DNA of 64,000 nucleotides from Candidatus Latescibacterota bacterium (GTDB lineage: Bacteria > Latescibacterota > UBA2968 > GCA-2709665). The DNA is taken from positions 3,616,001-3,680,000 of the forward strand of contig CBDCOX010000002.1 of NCBI GenBank assembly GCA_965219995.1, given 5' to 3'. A program made the translations under genes and the position numbers. The notes beneath the pieces are model-generated. The model saw only the letters and a list, made by a program, of their open reading frames with translations, had not been told where the DNA came from and ran no database searches. This document shows positions 28,664 through 39,225 of this stretch, piece after piece. Position 1 is the first letter of the stretch; each line of letters opens with the position of its first letter.

Positions 28664-29986
28664 TTATCCCTCGGCATTCCCTTCGCCAGATGTCCCCGAG
28701 AGTCTTATCATCATGCGCCGCAGCATTTCGTTGAAGGTCTTTTTAAGTACCTCCAGATCCCGTCCGATGAATTCTTGCTCGAAATTGAGATACCCACACC
28801 TAAACTTCCAGACGCAACGATTCGAATCTGCTTCGTTCTCAATTCTGATTTCGAAGTTAATTCCCTTCTTCGCTTGATATTGCGACAGCCAAAAACCAAG
28901 ATTGGTGGAGACAAAGAGTGCGTTTTCGGGCCAAGCTTCAACGCTTTCGTCAAGCCGAAAACGACGAACCTGATTGTCTTGGCTCCTCACAGAAGAATCG
29001 CTACTAAGTACTTGGATATTCTCAAATATTCCGGAAAACTGCTCACACTTCTCTTTGCAATACAGAAAAATGGGACATAGTACGTTGCTTGCATATTCCC
29101 TAGCTTGAATAGGGTCACCGGTACCAGATTGAATCGATCGCTTGAAGAGCGCGATTTCTTTATCTATGTCCTCAACTTCATGGATGTCCTCGCCCCGGGC
29201 GGCGCGCAGATGGAGATTAAGGGTATATTCGCAGCAGCCGGCAACATACGCGACGAATTCGGCAAGGTCTTCGGATTTGTCGGCCTGCTCCAGCGTGCTG
29301 ATGTATCGATTTCGCTCTTGTATGGGTGTGATCGCGACCGCGTAGCCGTGCTTAATCAGGATCATGTTCATCAGCAGCCGCGCCAATCGCCCGTTTCCGT
29401 CGTCGAAAGGATGAATTCTGACAAAGCGATAGTGAAACGTGGCGGCGATCACGATGGGATGCTCGTCCTCGGCCTCTGCCTTTCTGTACCAATCGATGAG
29501 ATCGCTCATCGCCGGTTTTACCTGCTCGGGTTGCGTGAAGTAGTAGATCTCGCCCGTGGAAGTTCTCACGTTATTCGGGTGTGTCTTGTATTCACCGATG
29601 GAAATGAGCCGCTTCGTCGGCTGTCCATCGGGCGTGATGGCGTCAATTTCATACGGCTTTTTCAGCAGTACCCCGTGAAGATTCCGGATGAAGACTTCAT
29701 TGAGGGACTCGTCTCGTTCGACAGCATCCGCAGTCGCCTTTACTGCCTCGTCGTGCCCCTCGATGTCCAGATGATCCCGCATGGACTTCCCGTGGGCCGT
29801 CAGGCCATGCAAGATCAGGCTTCTCGTTTCTCCGAGTGTCAGGCTGTTGCCTTCGATGGCGTTCGAGTGGTAATTGGACTCGATCCGGAGCTTTTGCTCG
29901 ATTCGCCCTACGATATCGGCACGCAGCGGCCGCAATGCGTCCAACTCCGCTTTCAATGTATCGATTTTTGCAATGACGTTGCTCAT
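28664..29986 (-). CDS. Fic family protein with C-terminal extension
   Basis: HPFDDGNGRLAR motif; SNAIEGN autoinhibitory motif. Confidence 0.94.
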   Translation of the reverse strand: MSNVIAKIDTLKAELDALRPLRADIVGRIEQKLRIESNYHSNAIEGNSLTLGETRSLILHGLTAHGKSMRDHLDIEGHDEAVKATADAVERDESLNEVFIRNLHGVLLKKPYEIDAITPDGQPTKRLISIGEYKTHPNNVRTSTGEIYYFTQPEQVKPAMSDLIDWYRKAEAEDEHPIVIAATFHYRFVRIHPFDDGNGRLARLLMNMILIKHGYAVAITPIQERNRYISTLEQADKSEDLAEFVAYVAGCCEYTLNLHLRAARGEDIHEVEDIDKEIALFKRSIQSGTGDPIQAREYASNVLCPIFLYCKEKCEQFSGIFENIQVLSSDSSVRSQDNQVRRFRLDESVEAWPENALFVSTNLGFWLSQYQAKKGINFEIRIENEADSNRCVWKFRCGYLNFEQEFIGRDLEVLKKTFNEMLRRMMIRLSGTSGEGNAEG

Positions 29987-30086
29987 GATCTATTCCTGCA
30001 AATCAACATTCCAACCCATGCCACGGTTGTTTTCTATTCCAATCCAAGACTATCAATGCCGTAGAAGCACGTCTGAACTCTGGGCG

Positions 30087-30398
30087 TCAGAGCCCATAGA
30101 CTTCAATGCCTTCCTTGAGGACGTTCTTGTATATCAGGCCGTCATTGTCCTTGTGCTCTGCCAGGTCCTGTTCGGTTGCGACGACAATATCGAATGGTAC
30201 AGCCAGTCCCTTGATTTCGCGGTAGAGTTTCTGTGCGGTTTGCCGCCGATGAGTGCCGTCGGGCATGACGACCAGAAGATCGATGTCGCTTTGCAGCCCT
30301 GACTCTTTTCTGGCTGCAGAGCCGAAGAGCACGATTCGCAAAGGATTTACACGCTTTACGACCTCGCCAACGAGCCTGTCTACCTTCGATTCTGCCAT
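30087..30398 (-). CDS. Nucleotidyltransferase domain protein (MNT-like, no adjacent HEPN gene)
   Basis: RIVLFGSAAR...SDIDLLVV, PFDIVV. Confidence 0.9.
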   Translation of the reverse strand: MAESKVDRLVGEVVKRVNPLRIVLFGSAARKESGLQSDIDLLVVMPDGTHRRQTAQKLYREIKGLAVPFDIVVATEQDLAEHKDNDGLIYKNVLKEGIEVYGL

Positions 30399-30487
30399 TG
30401 TCCTTTACTTTCGTTGATGCACATGTTTTTTGAATGTATACACAATGATGTGCAGATCGTCAAGGGGAAGGGAGGTCGAGGAGCGGT

Positions 30488-31240
30488 TCAGCGACGTACC
30501 CGGAACCCCTGGGCCGTCAGGAATTCGTCCAGTTCGGCGCGGGCGTGGAATTGCCCGGTGCGGTCCGCCATGACCGTGGTCCACCGCTGGTCGCCTTCGT
30601 GCATCCCCTGCGAAGTATAGAAGTCGACCATGGTCCTGTCGTATTCCTCCATGGCCAATTGATGCGTCTCGTCGCAGAGATACCGTTCGCGATGCAAGAC
30701 GGCGTCCAGAGGCAGCCGAGGTTTGACTTCAGGATTCTGCGCCGGATACCCGATGCAGAAGCCGGCCACGGCCACGACGTACGGAGGTAGGTCCAGCAAT
30801 TTGCCGACCGACTTCGGATTGTTCCGCATTGCGCCGATCATACAGATGCCCAGTCCCAGCGATTCCGCGGCTATCGCCACGTTCTGCATCATCAGCGCCA
30901 CGTCCACCGTCGCAATCATCAACGCCTCCGCATAGTCCCCGTCAAACTGCTCCGCGTCGTGCATCCGGTTGGCCATCCTGTCCCGGTGCAGGTCCGCGCA
31001 GAAGGCCAGAAACGCCGCGCTCTGGTGGATTTGCACCTGATCGGCGCACAGTTCGGCCAGTCTCTTCTTCCGTTCCGGGTCCGCCACGTGGATGACCGTG
31101 TAGGCCTGCAGGTTGCTGGACGTGCTCGCCTGCTGCCCGCACCGGATCAGTGTCTCGAGGACGCCGTCGGGCAGCGCCCGGTCCTGGAACCGGCGGACAC
31201 TACGGTGGGACATCAGGAGATCGATCGTAGAATTGGACAT
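30488..31240 (-). CDS. nfsA: NADPH-dependent flavin/nitroreductase (NfsA/NfrA family)
   Basis: HRSVRRF, ASTSSNLQAY, CADLHR, IAAESLGLGICMIGAMRN, KPRLP. Confidence 0.9.
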   Translation of the reverse strand: MSNSTIDLLMSHRSVRRFQDRALPDGVLETLIRCGQQASTSSNLQAYTVIHVADPERKKRLAELCADQVQIHQSAAFLAFCADLHRDRMANRMHDAEQFDGDYAEALMIATVDVALMMQNVAIAAESLGLGICMIGAMRNNPKSVGKLLDLPPYVVAVAGFCIGYPAQNPEVKPRLPLDAVLHRERYLCDETHQLAMEEYDRTMVDFYTSQGMHEGDQRWTTVMADRTGQFHARAELDEFLTAQGFRVRR

Positions 31241-31256
31241 GTAGAACCTCGTAAGA

Positions 31257-31387
31257 GCGGGGAGACGTTAGACGTAAGAGGGGAGAGATTGTCCGCCTCG
31301 TCCGTTTTCAATTTGTGCCGCAGGCACAAAGGAAAAACCAATCGGGCAAGGACGTTATCTACCGTCTAACGTCTACCCTCTCACCGC
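31257..31387. repeat. Single unit of the dispersed hairpin repeat with inverted heptamer termini (MITE-like)
   Basis: Left GCGGGGAGACGTTAGACGTAAGAG, right CTACCGTCTAACGTCTACCCTCTCACCGC, core ggcacaaaggaaaaaccaatcgggcaagga. Confidence 0.8.
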
Positions 31388-31403
31388 CGTCAGGCTGAGG
31401 GCC

Positions 31404-31436
31404 AATAAAAACGGGCGGGTTTCGGAACCCACCCAT
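31404..31436 (-). terminator. Rho-independent terminator of the atp operon
   Basis: GGGTGGGTT-CCGA-AACCCGCCC stem followed by GTTTTTATT on the minus strand, ~30 bp after atpC. Confidence 0.8.
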
Positions 31437-31466
31437 TCATGGAAACGCCTTGTTTGATACGGTGGT

Positions 31467-31871
31467 TTATTGTCCCCCGATCCGCAGCCGGTTGATCGCC
31501 CGCGCCAGGGCCAGGTTTGCACGCGCCTCGTCGATTTGCTGTTCTTGTTTTCGCGTCAGCATTTCCCGCGCGCGGTCTCTGGCGGCTTCGGCTCGGTTTA
31601 CGTCAATATCCTGCGAGAATTCTGCCGTCTCCGCCAGAACGGTAACGCGGTCGCGCTGGACTTCCGCGAATCCGCCGCTGATCGCAACCGACGTTGACCT
31701 CTGCTCCCGATCAAAAAAGGTCATCCGGCCGATGTCCAGAGAGGCCAGCATCGGATGGTGCCCGGCAAGCACGCCAAATCCGCCCTCGGTTCCCGGCGCG
31801 CGCAGGCTCGCTACTTCGCCGGAATAGACCGTCTTTTCCGGTGTCACGATTTCAAGCTGAAACGTCGGCAT
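31467..31871 (-). CDS. atpC: F1Fo ATP synthase epsilon subunit
   Basis: LEIVTPEK, PGTEGGFGVLAGH, SGGFAEV, VTVLAE. Confidence 0.95.
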   Translation of the reverse strand: MPTFQLEIVTPEKTVYSGEVASLRAPGTEGGFGVLAGHHPMLASLDIGRMTFFDREQRSTSVAISGGFAEVQRDRVTVLAETAEFSQDIDVNRAEAARDRAREMLTRKQEQQIDEARANLALARAINRLRIGGQ

Positions 31872-31885
31872 AGCAGGTTCGGTCT

Positions 31886-33301
<1,416 letters not shown>

Positions 33302-33329
33302 TCAGCTTTCAGCCATCAGCAGTCAGCTT
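33302..33329 (+). repeat. 7-nt period microrepeat TCAGCNN x4
   Basis: TCAGC at 33302, 33309, 33316, 33323, just upstream of atpD. Confidence 0.7.
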
Positions 33330-33364
33330 GAAGCAAATGCGCCCCACCCCCGGCCCCTACCCCT

Positions 33365-33715
33365 GGTGAGACGGGAGACGAGAGACGTGAGATGATGTGA
33401 GTGCCTTATAGTTTTTTTAGTCGTTACGATAACGGTAAAGAAACAGGCACGGTCAGCGTGAAAACACTGTGGCAACGTTGTCCTCTACCGGCTACCGTCT
33501 TACGTCTAACGGGTTTTCTTGCCCTGTGCGGATTCATTTCTTGCCGGAGGCAAAAAGGAAGAACCAATCGAGCAAGGATGTCTTCTACCGTCTCCCGTCT
33601 TACGTCTCACCGGTTTTCTTGCCCTGTGCGGTTTCACTTCTTGCCAGAGGCATAAGGGAAGAACCAATCGGGCAAAGATGTCATCTACCGTCTTGCGTCT
33701 CACGTCTCACCGACT
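33365..33715. repeat. Dispersed hairpin repeat family, ~2.5 units with 100-bp period, in the atpG-atpD spacer
   Basis: GTGAGACGGGAGACGAGAGACGTGAGA at the left; ttttcttgccctgtgcgg at ~33514 and ~33614; CGTCTCACGTCTCAC at the right. Confidence 0.9.
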
Positions 33716-33779
33716 TAACGAAGCGATGAGACGAAAGCCAAAGCGAAAGCCGGTAGCCGCGACATGCGCGAAAGCCGTC

Positions 33780-34631
33780 CTACGCTACTGCCTCCGCGCC
33801 GCCGATGATGTCCATCAGCTCCAGGGTAATCGAAGACTGGCGCACTTTGTTCATCTCGCGCGTCAATTCTTCAATCAGGTCTCCCGCATTCTTCGTCGCG
33901 TTATCCATCGCCGCCATTCGGGCAGCCTGCTCTCCCGCATTGGACTCCAGAAGGGCGCGCCAGACCTGGAAGTTCACGTGCCGGGGCACCAGCGTATCCA
34001 GCAACCGCTCGGGTTCAGGCTCGAAAATGTACTCACCGGAAGTACTCTCGTCGTCCGTATCCTGCGGCGCAATCGGCAGAAGGCGGTTGATCACGGGTTC
34101 CTGCCGTCCCAGCGACAGGAACTCGTTGTTGGCAATCCACACCTGGTCCACGGCGCCGGATACGAATCGATCCGTCAGATCGCGGGCGACGTCCACGGCC
34201 TGACCCAGATTCAGGTCGCCAAATACATCGAGGTACTCCCGGCTGATCGTAAATCCGCGTTGTCGAAAGAAGTCACGCCCTTTCCTGCCGATCGTGACCA
34301 GTTCGACGTCTCCATGTTCATCCAGTTCCGACAGTGCCTTGCGGCAGATTCCGGCGTTGAAGCCGCCGCAGAGACCGCGGTCCGCCGTTACCACCGCGAC
34401 CGCGGTCCGGCCGGACTCGCCCTGCCTGAAAAGAGGATGCCGATCCGCGTCGATGCTCGCGGTAAGCCGTTGAAGGATACGATCCAGTTGTTCGGCATAG
34501 GGGCGGGCAGCGAGAATGGCGTCCTGGGCTTTGCGAACCCTGGCCGCGGCAACCAGCTGCATGGCGTGCGTCACCTTCTGGATGTTTGTGACCCCGGTTA
34601 CCCGGTTTCTGAGTTGACGCAATGTAGCCAC
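33780..34631 (-). CDS. atpG: F1Fo ATP synthase gamma subunit
   Basis: KVTHAMQLVAAA, TADRGLCGGFN, EQAARMAAMDNATKNA, RQSSITLEL. Confidence 0.97.
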   Translation of the reverse strand: MATLRQLRNRVTGVTNIQKVTHAMQLVAAARVRKAQDAILAARPYAEQLDRILQRLTASIDADRHPLFRQGESGRTAVAVVTADRGLCGGFNAGICRKALSELDEHGDVELVTIGRKGRDFFRQRGFTISREYLDVFGDLNLGQAVDVARDLTDRFVSGAVDQVWIANNEFLSLGRQEPVINRLLPIAPQDTDDESTSGEYIFEPEPERLLDTLVPRHVNFQVWRALLESNAGEQAARMAAMDNATKNAGDLIEELTREMNKVRQSSITLELMDIIGGAEAVA

Positions 34632-34650
34632 CGGCTACTCCCCCGCGCTC

Positions 34651-36171
34651 CTACGCCGACACCTGAAAGCCGCGCTTCACGCTCTCGATTGCGGCTTCGA
34701 TGACGGTCTTCGCCTCGTCGCTCAGTTCTTCGCTGCTCGTGATTTCGTTCACCACGTCCTGGTGGTGGTCTCGCATATAGGCCAGTGCCTCGGCTTCAAA
34801 CCGCCGAACGTCGTCCGTTGGCAGTTCGTCGATACTCGCGCCGACGGTCAGGGACACAACCTGCTCGCCCAGCGACATCGGCGCGTACTGGCCCTGTTTG
34901 AGAATCTCGATCAGTTTCTCGCCGCGGTTCAGCAGGTTGCGGGTGGCCGTGTCCAGGTCGGAGGCCCCGAATTGCGCAAAGGCCTGGACCTCGTTGTAAC
35001 GCGCGATATCGCCGCTTAAGGTAGCGGAAACCGCCTTCATCGCCCCGGTTTTGGCCGAGCTTACCCTGGAGACGGAAGCGCCCACGTCCATCGCCGGCCG
35101 GATGCCCGAATAGAACAACTCCGGCTTCAGCAGAATCTGCCCGTCGGTGATCGAGATCACGTTGGTGGGCACGAACGTGGATACGTCCCCTTCCAGGATC
35201 TCGATGATTGGCAGCGCCGTGAGAGAGCCTCCGCCCTCCTCGTCGCTCAATTTGCAGGCGCGTTCCAGAAGGCGCGAGTGCAGGTAGAACACGTCGCCGG
35301 GATAGGCTTCCCGCCCCGGCGGCCGGCGCAGGACCAGCGCCATTTCGCGATATGCCCAGGCTTGCTTGGAGAGGTCGTCGTACACGATCAGCGCGTGTTC
35401 ACCCTTGTCGCGGAAGTGCTCGCCCATGGAACATCCGGCGTAGGGCGCCAGGAACTGGAGCGGCGCCGGATCGCTGGCCGTGGCCGATACGACGATCGTA
35501 TATCCCAGGGCGCCGTTTGCTTCGAGTTCGGCAACCACTTTCGCCACGGACGACGCCTTCTGCCCGATACCCACATAGATACATTTGACGCCGGTGTCCT
35601 TCTGGTTGATGATCGCGTCCAGCCCGATCGCCGTCTTTCCGGTCTGCCGGTCGCCGATGATCAACTCGCGCTGTCCGCGCCCGATGGGCGTTGCGGCGTC
35701 CACGACCTTGATTCCCGTCTGTAAGGCTTCTTCAACCGGCTGGCGCTGGATGACACCGGGCGCAATCCGTTCCACGGGCAACGACTGAGAGGTGCTGACC
35801 GGTCCCTTTCCGTCCAGCGGTTCGCCCAGAGGCGTCACCACCCGGCCCAGCAGTTCGTCTCCCACGGGCACCTCGACGACGCGTCCCGTCCGCCGGACCT
35901 GGTCGCCTTCCTTGATTGCCGTGTCGTCCCCGAAGAGGACGCAGCCGACGTTGTCCTCTTCCAGGTTGAACGCCATGCCCATGATGTTTTCGGGAAACGC
36001 CACCAGCTCACTGGCCTGCGCGTTGCCCAACCCATGAACGCGCGCCACGCCGTCGCCCACCTGCAACACGGTTCCGGTCTCGTACACGTCAATGTCCCGT
36101 TCGGTCTCCAGAATCTGCTGTTTGAGGATATCGGAGACTTCATCGGGGCGAATTTGCAAGTTCATCGCCAT
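34651..36171 (-). CDS. atpA: F1Fo ATP synthase alpha subunit
   Basis: [59 protein letters not shown]. Confidence 0.98.
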   Translation of the reverse strand: MAMNLQIRPDEVSDILKQQILETERDIDVYETGTVLQVGDGVARVHGLGNAQASELVAFPENIMGMAFNLEEDNVGCVLFGDDTAIKEGDQVRRTGRVVEVPVGDELLGRVVTPLGEPLDGKGPVSTSQSLPVERIAPGVIQRQPVEEALQTGIKVVDAATPIGRGQRELIIGDRQTGKTAIGLDAIINQKDTGVKCIYVGIGQKASSVAKVVAELEANGALGYTIVVSATASDPAPLQFLAPYAGCSMGEHFRDKGEHALIVYDDLSKQAWAYREMALVLRRPPGREAYPGDVFYLHSRLLERACKLSDEEGGGSLTALPIIEILEGDVSTFVPTNVISITDGQILLKPELFYSGIRPAMDVGASVSRVSSAKTGAMKAVSATLSGDIARYNEVQAFAQFGASDLDTATRNLLNRGEKLIEILKQGQYAPMSLGEQVVSLTVGASIDELPTDDVRRFEAEALAYMRDHHQDVVNEITSSEELSDEAKTVIEAAIESVKRGFQVSA

Positions 36172-36257
36172 AAGTGTCTACACCTCGGTTATCAGCCGGT
36201 TGAATAAGCTCATCCTGTCTTTCCGGACGCCCGCACAGCGACTTTCTCAACGGAGTG

Positions 36258-36803
36258 TTATGACAGACCCGAAACCAGCCTCTGGCGCATCCGGTTCAAC
36301 TGCGCTTCGAGGGTTGCGTCGAACACGTGGTCGCCCATCCGGGTCACAAAGCCCGCCTTGAGTCCCGCGTCGACTTCGACGTCCAGCCGGACCTGCTTCC
36401 CCGACCAGGCCGACAGCCTCTGTGCGAGGCGCGCGCGCTGGTCCTGCGAAAGTTCCCGCGCCGATCGGACGTATGCGGTGGTCAGGCCCCTGCGTTCATC
36501 CAGTTGCATCAGAAAAGCCCGGATGATGTTCGGGAGCCCCCGCTCGCGCCTTTTGTCGCACAACAGCAGCAGGAAACTCAGCGTGAGATCGCCAATCCGT
36601 CCCGAAAAAAGCTTCCGGACGGCCGTCCGCTTCTGTTCCGGATAAATCAGGGGGTCGCTCAGAAAGGCTCTCAGGTCTTCCGATTCGCGAATCAGGTCGA
36701 GAAGACCCTCCAGGTCCTCACGGACCCGTTCCAGCGCCTCGCGCTCTTCTGCCGCATGGATGAGCGCCCTGGCATAACGCATTGCGACGGGGGTTTCGTT
36801 CAA
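36258..36803 (-). CDS. atpH: F1Fo ATP synthase delta subunit
   Basis: VAMRYARAL, FLLLLCDKRR, VRSARELS, GDHVFDATL; operon position. Confidence 0.93.
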   Translation of the reverse strand: MNETPVAMRYARALIHAAEEREALERVREDLEGLLDLIRESEDLRAFLSDPLIYPEQKRTAVRKLFSGRIGDLTLSFLLLLCDKRRERGLPNIIRAFLMQLDERRGLTTAYVRSARELSQDQRARLAQRLSAWSGKQVRLDVEVDAGLKAGFVTRMGDHVFDATLEAQLNRMRQRLVSGLS

Positions 36804-36818
36804 GCTCGGCTCCGCAAA

Positions 36819-37316
36819 TCAGTTTTGTCCTGATTCCGGAATGCTGTCGATAAACTCGTCGACCAGCTTCCGATTTCTGTCATTGTCCAGGTTCTCGTCC
36901 AGCACTTTGCCCGCGGCTTCGATGGCCAGACCCGCGGCGTGCGTGCGCAATTCCTGGATCGCCTGCACCTTCTCCTGTCGGATCGTTCGCCGGGCCTGCT
37001 CCAGCATCTGCCGGGCCTCTTCCGACGCGCGTTCACGCACTTCCTGCGCCGCGCGCTCGGCCGCTTCCCGCCCTTGCGAAATCGCCTGCCGGGCGTCGGC
37101 CTGTGCCTGCTCCATTGCCCGACGGTTTTCTTCAGCCGCACTCTGCGCTTCTTCCCTGGCTTTCTCGGCCTGGTTCAGGGAGTCCCGAATGCGCCTTTCG
37201 CGTTCGTCCAGCATGGCCAGCAGAGGTTTCCAGGCAACACGCTTGAGAACAAGCAGCAGCAGGACGAAGGTAATAATGGTCCAGAACATCAGACCTGTAT
37301 CGACATTCAGCAACAT
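36819..37316 (-). CDS. atpF: F1Fo ATP synthase b subunit
   Basis: FWTIITF..LLVLKRVAWKPLLAMLDERE followed by coiled coil. Confidence 0.95.
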   Translation of the reverse strand: MLLNVDTGLMFWTIITFVLLLLVLKRVAWKPLLAMLDERERRIRDSLNQAEKAREEAQSAAEENRRAMEQAQADARQAISQGREAAERAAQEVRERASEEARQMLEQARRTIRQEKVQAIQELRTHAAGLAIEAAGKVLDENLDNDRNRKLVDEFIDSIPESGQN

Positions 37317-37357
37317 ACCCGTTCCTCTGGTTTAGACGTTCTCAACGGGTTGCTCTC

Positions 37358-37609
37358 TCAGCCGCCTTTTGTTGCCAGAAGAAAGCAGACCACCTGCCCG
37401 AAAAGGGCCACACCCTCTATGAATGCCGCCGTAATGATCATCGAGGTACGGATATCGCCGGCCGCTTCGGGCTGCCGTGCGGTGCCCTCTACGGCCATAC
37501 CGGCCAAACGTCCGATTCCAATACCGGCGCCGATCGTTACCAGCCCCGCGCCGATGCCTGCGGACAGATAACCATAAGCTTCGGCCGCCACGGATGCCAC
37601 GTCTGCCAC
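37358..37609 (-). CDS. atpE: F1Fo ATP synthase c subunit (H+-type signature)
   Basis: GAGIGIG, ARQPEA loop, FIEGVALF; lacks the Gln and Glu-Ser Na+ ligands. Confidence 0.95.
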   Translation of the reverse strand: MADVASVAAEAYGYLSAGIGAGLVTIGAGIGIGRLAGMAVEGTARQPEAAGDIRTSMIITAAFIEGVALFGQVVCFLLATKGG

Positions 37610-37673
37610 AACACACCTCCTCCGCTAGGAAGTTAAGGGTTTACGATGAAACGATAACTACGTGATTCTACGC

Positions 37674-38477
37674 TCAGTGGTCCTGATGAACAGCCATCCC
37701 GATAAAGACGGCGGACAACATGGTGAAAATGTACGCCTGCACCAGTGCGACGAAGATTTCCAGCAGATAGATCGCCAGCGCGAATGCCACGGACACGGGG
37801 GCGACGGCGTACGACTTGAACATGAAAATGAGCCCCAGCAATGCCAGGATGATCACATGTCCGGCGGTCATATTGGCAAAGAGACGAATACACAGCGCAA
37901 AGGGCTTGGCAATCAGGCCGATGAGCTCGATGGGGATCATCAGAAGCGTGATCGGCAGGGGCAGTCCGTGCGGCACCAGTCCCTTGAAGTAACCCAGAAA
38001 GCCGTTGTGCAAAATACCACCCAATTGAATCACCAGAAAAGCACAGACGGCCAGCCCGGCGGTTACGCTCACATTGCCTGTCGCCGTAGCGCCGTAGGGT
38101 ACCAGGCCCAGCAGATTGCAGGTCAGAATGAAGAAAAACACGGTAAACAGAAAGGGCAGAAACCGTCCGGCCTCCCTTGCGCCGATATTGGGAACGGCGA
38201 TTTCATCCCGGATGAAGACGACAACAGACTCCAGCAGATTGGCGAGTCCCGAGGGCACCAGGCCGCGGCGCCGGGTTGTCGACGTGAAGACCCACAGCAG
38301 AAACGCGGCCGCAACCCACATCATGACGACGTGCCGGGTGATGGCGATATCGATGCCGAACAGCTCAAAACGAGGGATTTCGAAATGATACCCGAAGGGC
38401 AGATGGAGCTCGGAAGAATCGAGCAGGTGCTCCATGATGTAGTCTTTTTTGCCTTCCGCGGCGCCTTCTGAAGCCAT
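37674..38477 (-). CDS. atpB: F1Fo ATP synthase a subunit
   Basis: NLLGLVP, TATGN, KPFALCIRLFANMTAGH, EIFVALVQAYIFTML. Confidence 0.96.
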   Translation of the reverse strand: MASEGAAEGKKDYIMEHLLDSSELHLPFGYHFEIPRFELFGIDIAITRHVVMMWVAAAFLLWVFTSTTRRRGLVPSGLANLLESVVVFIRDEIAVPNIGAREAGRFLPFLFTVFFFILTCNLLGLVPYGATATGNVSVTAGLAVCAFLVIQLGGILHNGFLGYFKGLVPHGLPLPITLLMIPIELIGLIAKPFALCIRLFANMTAGHVIILALLGLIFMFKSYAVAPVSVAFALAIYLLEIFVALVQAYIFTMLSAVFIGMAVHQDH

Positions 38478-38481
38478 TGAG

Positions 38482-38895
38482 TCAAACCCCTTCTTTCGAG
38501 TCCCGCCGAACCGCGGCGCGCCTCACAAAGAACCGGATTTCCAGAATCTGGAAGAGCAGGTACGACAGAAAGAGAGAGAATACCAACCCGTAAATCGACA
38601 ACGCCGTAACTTCGATCAGGAGAATCAGTACCCCGCAGATGACCAGCATCCGCAGAACCATTCCACCCAGCAGCGTCTTCAGGAAGACCGACTGCGGCCG
38701 GTCGAACGACCAGATGGCCGAGAGCCCCCCGGCCAGTGCGTTCAGTGCGCCAATTCCGAATCCGACGGCGGCCGCAAGGACCATTTCAACGTCCCAATAG
38801 AGGTATAGCGGGAACCCGCCCAAAACCGCCGCAATGATCACGACAGTCCCGACCTGCCTGCCAAATCGGAGGAATTCCGTTCCCAAAAATTTCAC
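38482..38895 (-). CDS. atpI: ATP synthase protein I
   Basis: Four TM helices, LGGMVLRML; position before atpB. Confidence 0.75.
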   Translation of the reverse strand: MKFLGTEFLRFGRQVGTVVIIAAVLGGFPLYLYWDVEMVLAAAVGFGIGALNALAGGLSAIWSFDRPQSVFLKTLLGGMVLRMLVICGVLILLIEVTALSIYGLVFSLFLSYLLFQILEIRFFVRRAAVRRDSKEGV

Positions 38896-38908
38896 CTCCG
38901 GACGGCGG

Positions 38909-39160
38909 TTAATGCTTGTCCTTCTTGTCGCGTTCCTGGAGTCGAATTGCCGTTCTGTAAAGGTTCAGAAAACCGACGGTGATGCCCAGAAACGTACCGA
39001 CCAGCATCAGATACGGGGCCGTTCCCAGTTTGCCGTCCAGCCACCGTCCGCCGAAAAGGCAGAGCAGGATGGCCGCCGCGAACTCGATCCCCAGGTTCAG
39101 ATAGGGCCCCGCCTTCCGATAAGCCGCGGCCAGACCCGTTTGTTCTTTCTCCTCCGCCAT
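38909..39160 (-). CDS. AtpZ/AtpI family protein
   Basis: LGIEFAAAI....GRWLDGKLGTAP. Confidence 0.88.
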   Translation of the reverse strand: MAEEKEQTGLAAAYRKAGPYLNLGIEFAAAILLCLFGGRWLDGKLGTAPYLMLVGTFLGITVGFLNLYRTAIRLQERDKKDKH

Positions 39161-39175
39161 CTTTCAATATGATGG

Positions 39176-39205
39176 ATTATGGACGGAAAGGCGCAGGCGC
39201 CGCAA
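39176..39205 (-). promoter_or_regulatory. Possible atp operon promoter
   Basis: TTGCGG-18 bp-CATAAT on the minus strand between nuoN and the atpZ-like gene. Confidence 0.4.
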
Positions 39206-39225
39206 GTTGCACGGCTCGGAAATGA

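Noticed and set aside
33401-33729. Short ORFs with mutually similar sequences (also 388-849)
   Set aside because: They are translations of the dispersed non-coding repeat in several frames.
37358-37609. Na+-translocating or N-type ATP synthase, suggested by the adjacent Mrp cluster
   Set aside because: The c subunit lacks the Gln and Glu-Ser Na+ ligands, and gene order is the standard I-B-E-F-H-A-G-D-C with a separate delta subunit.
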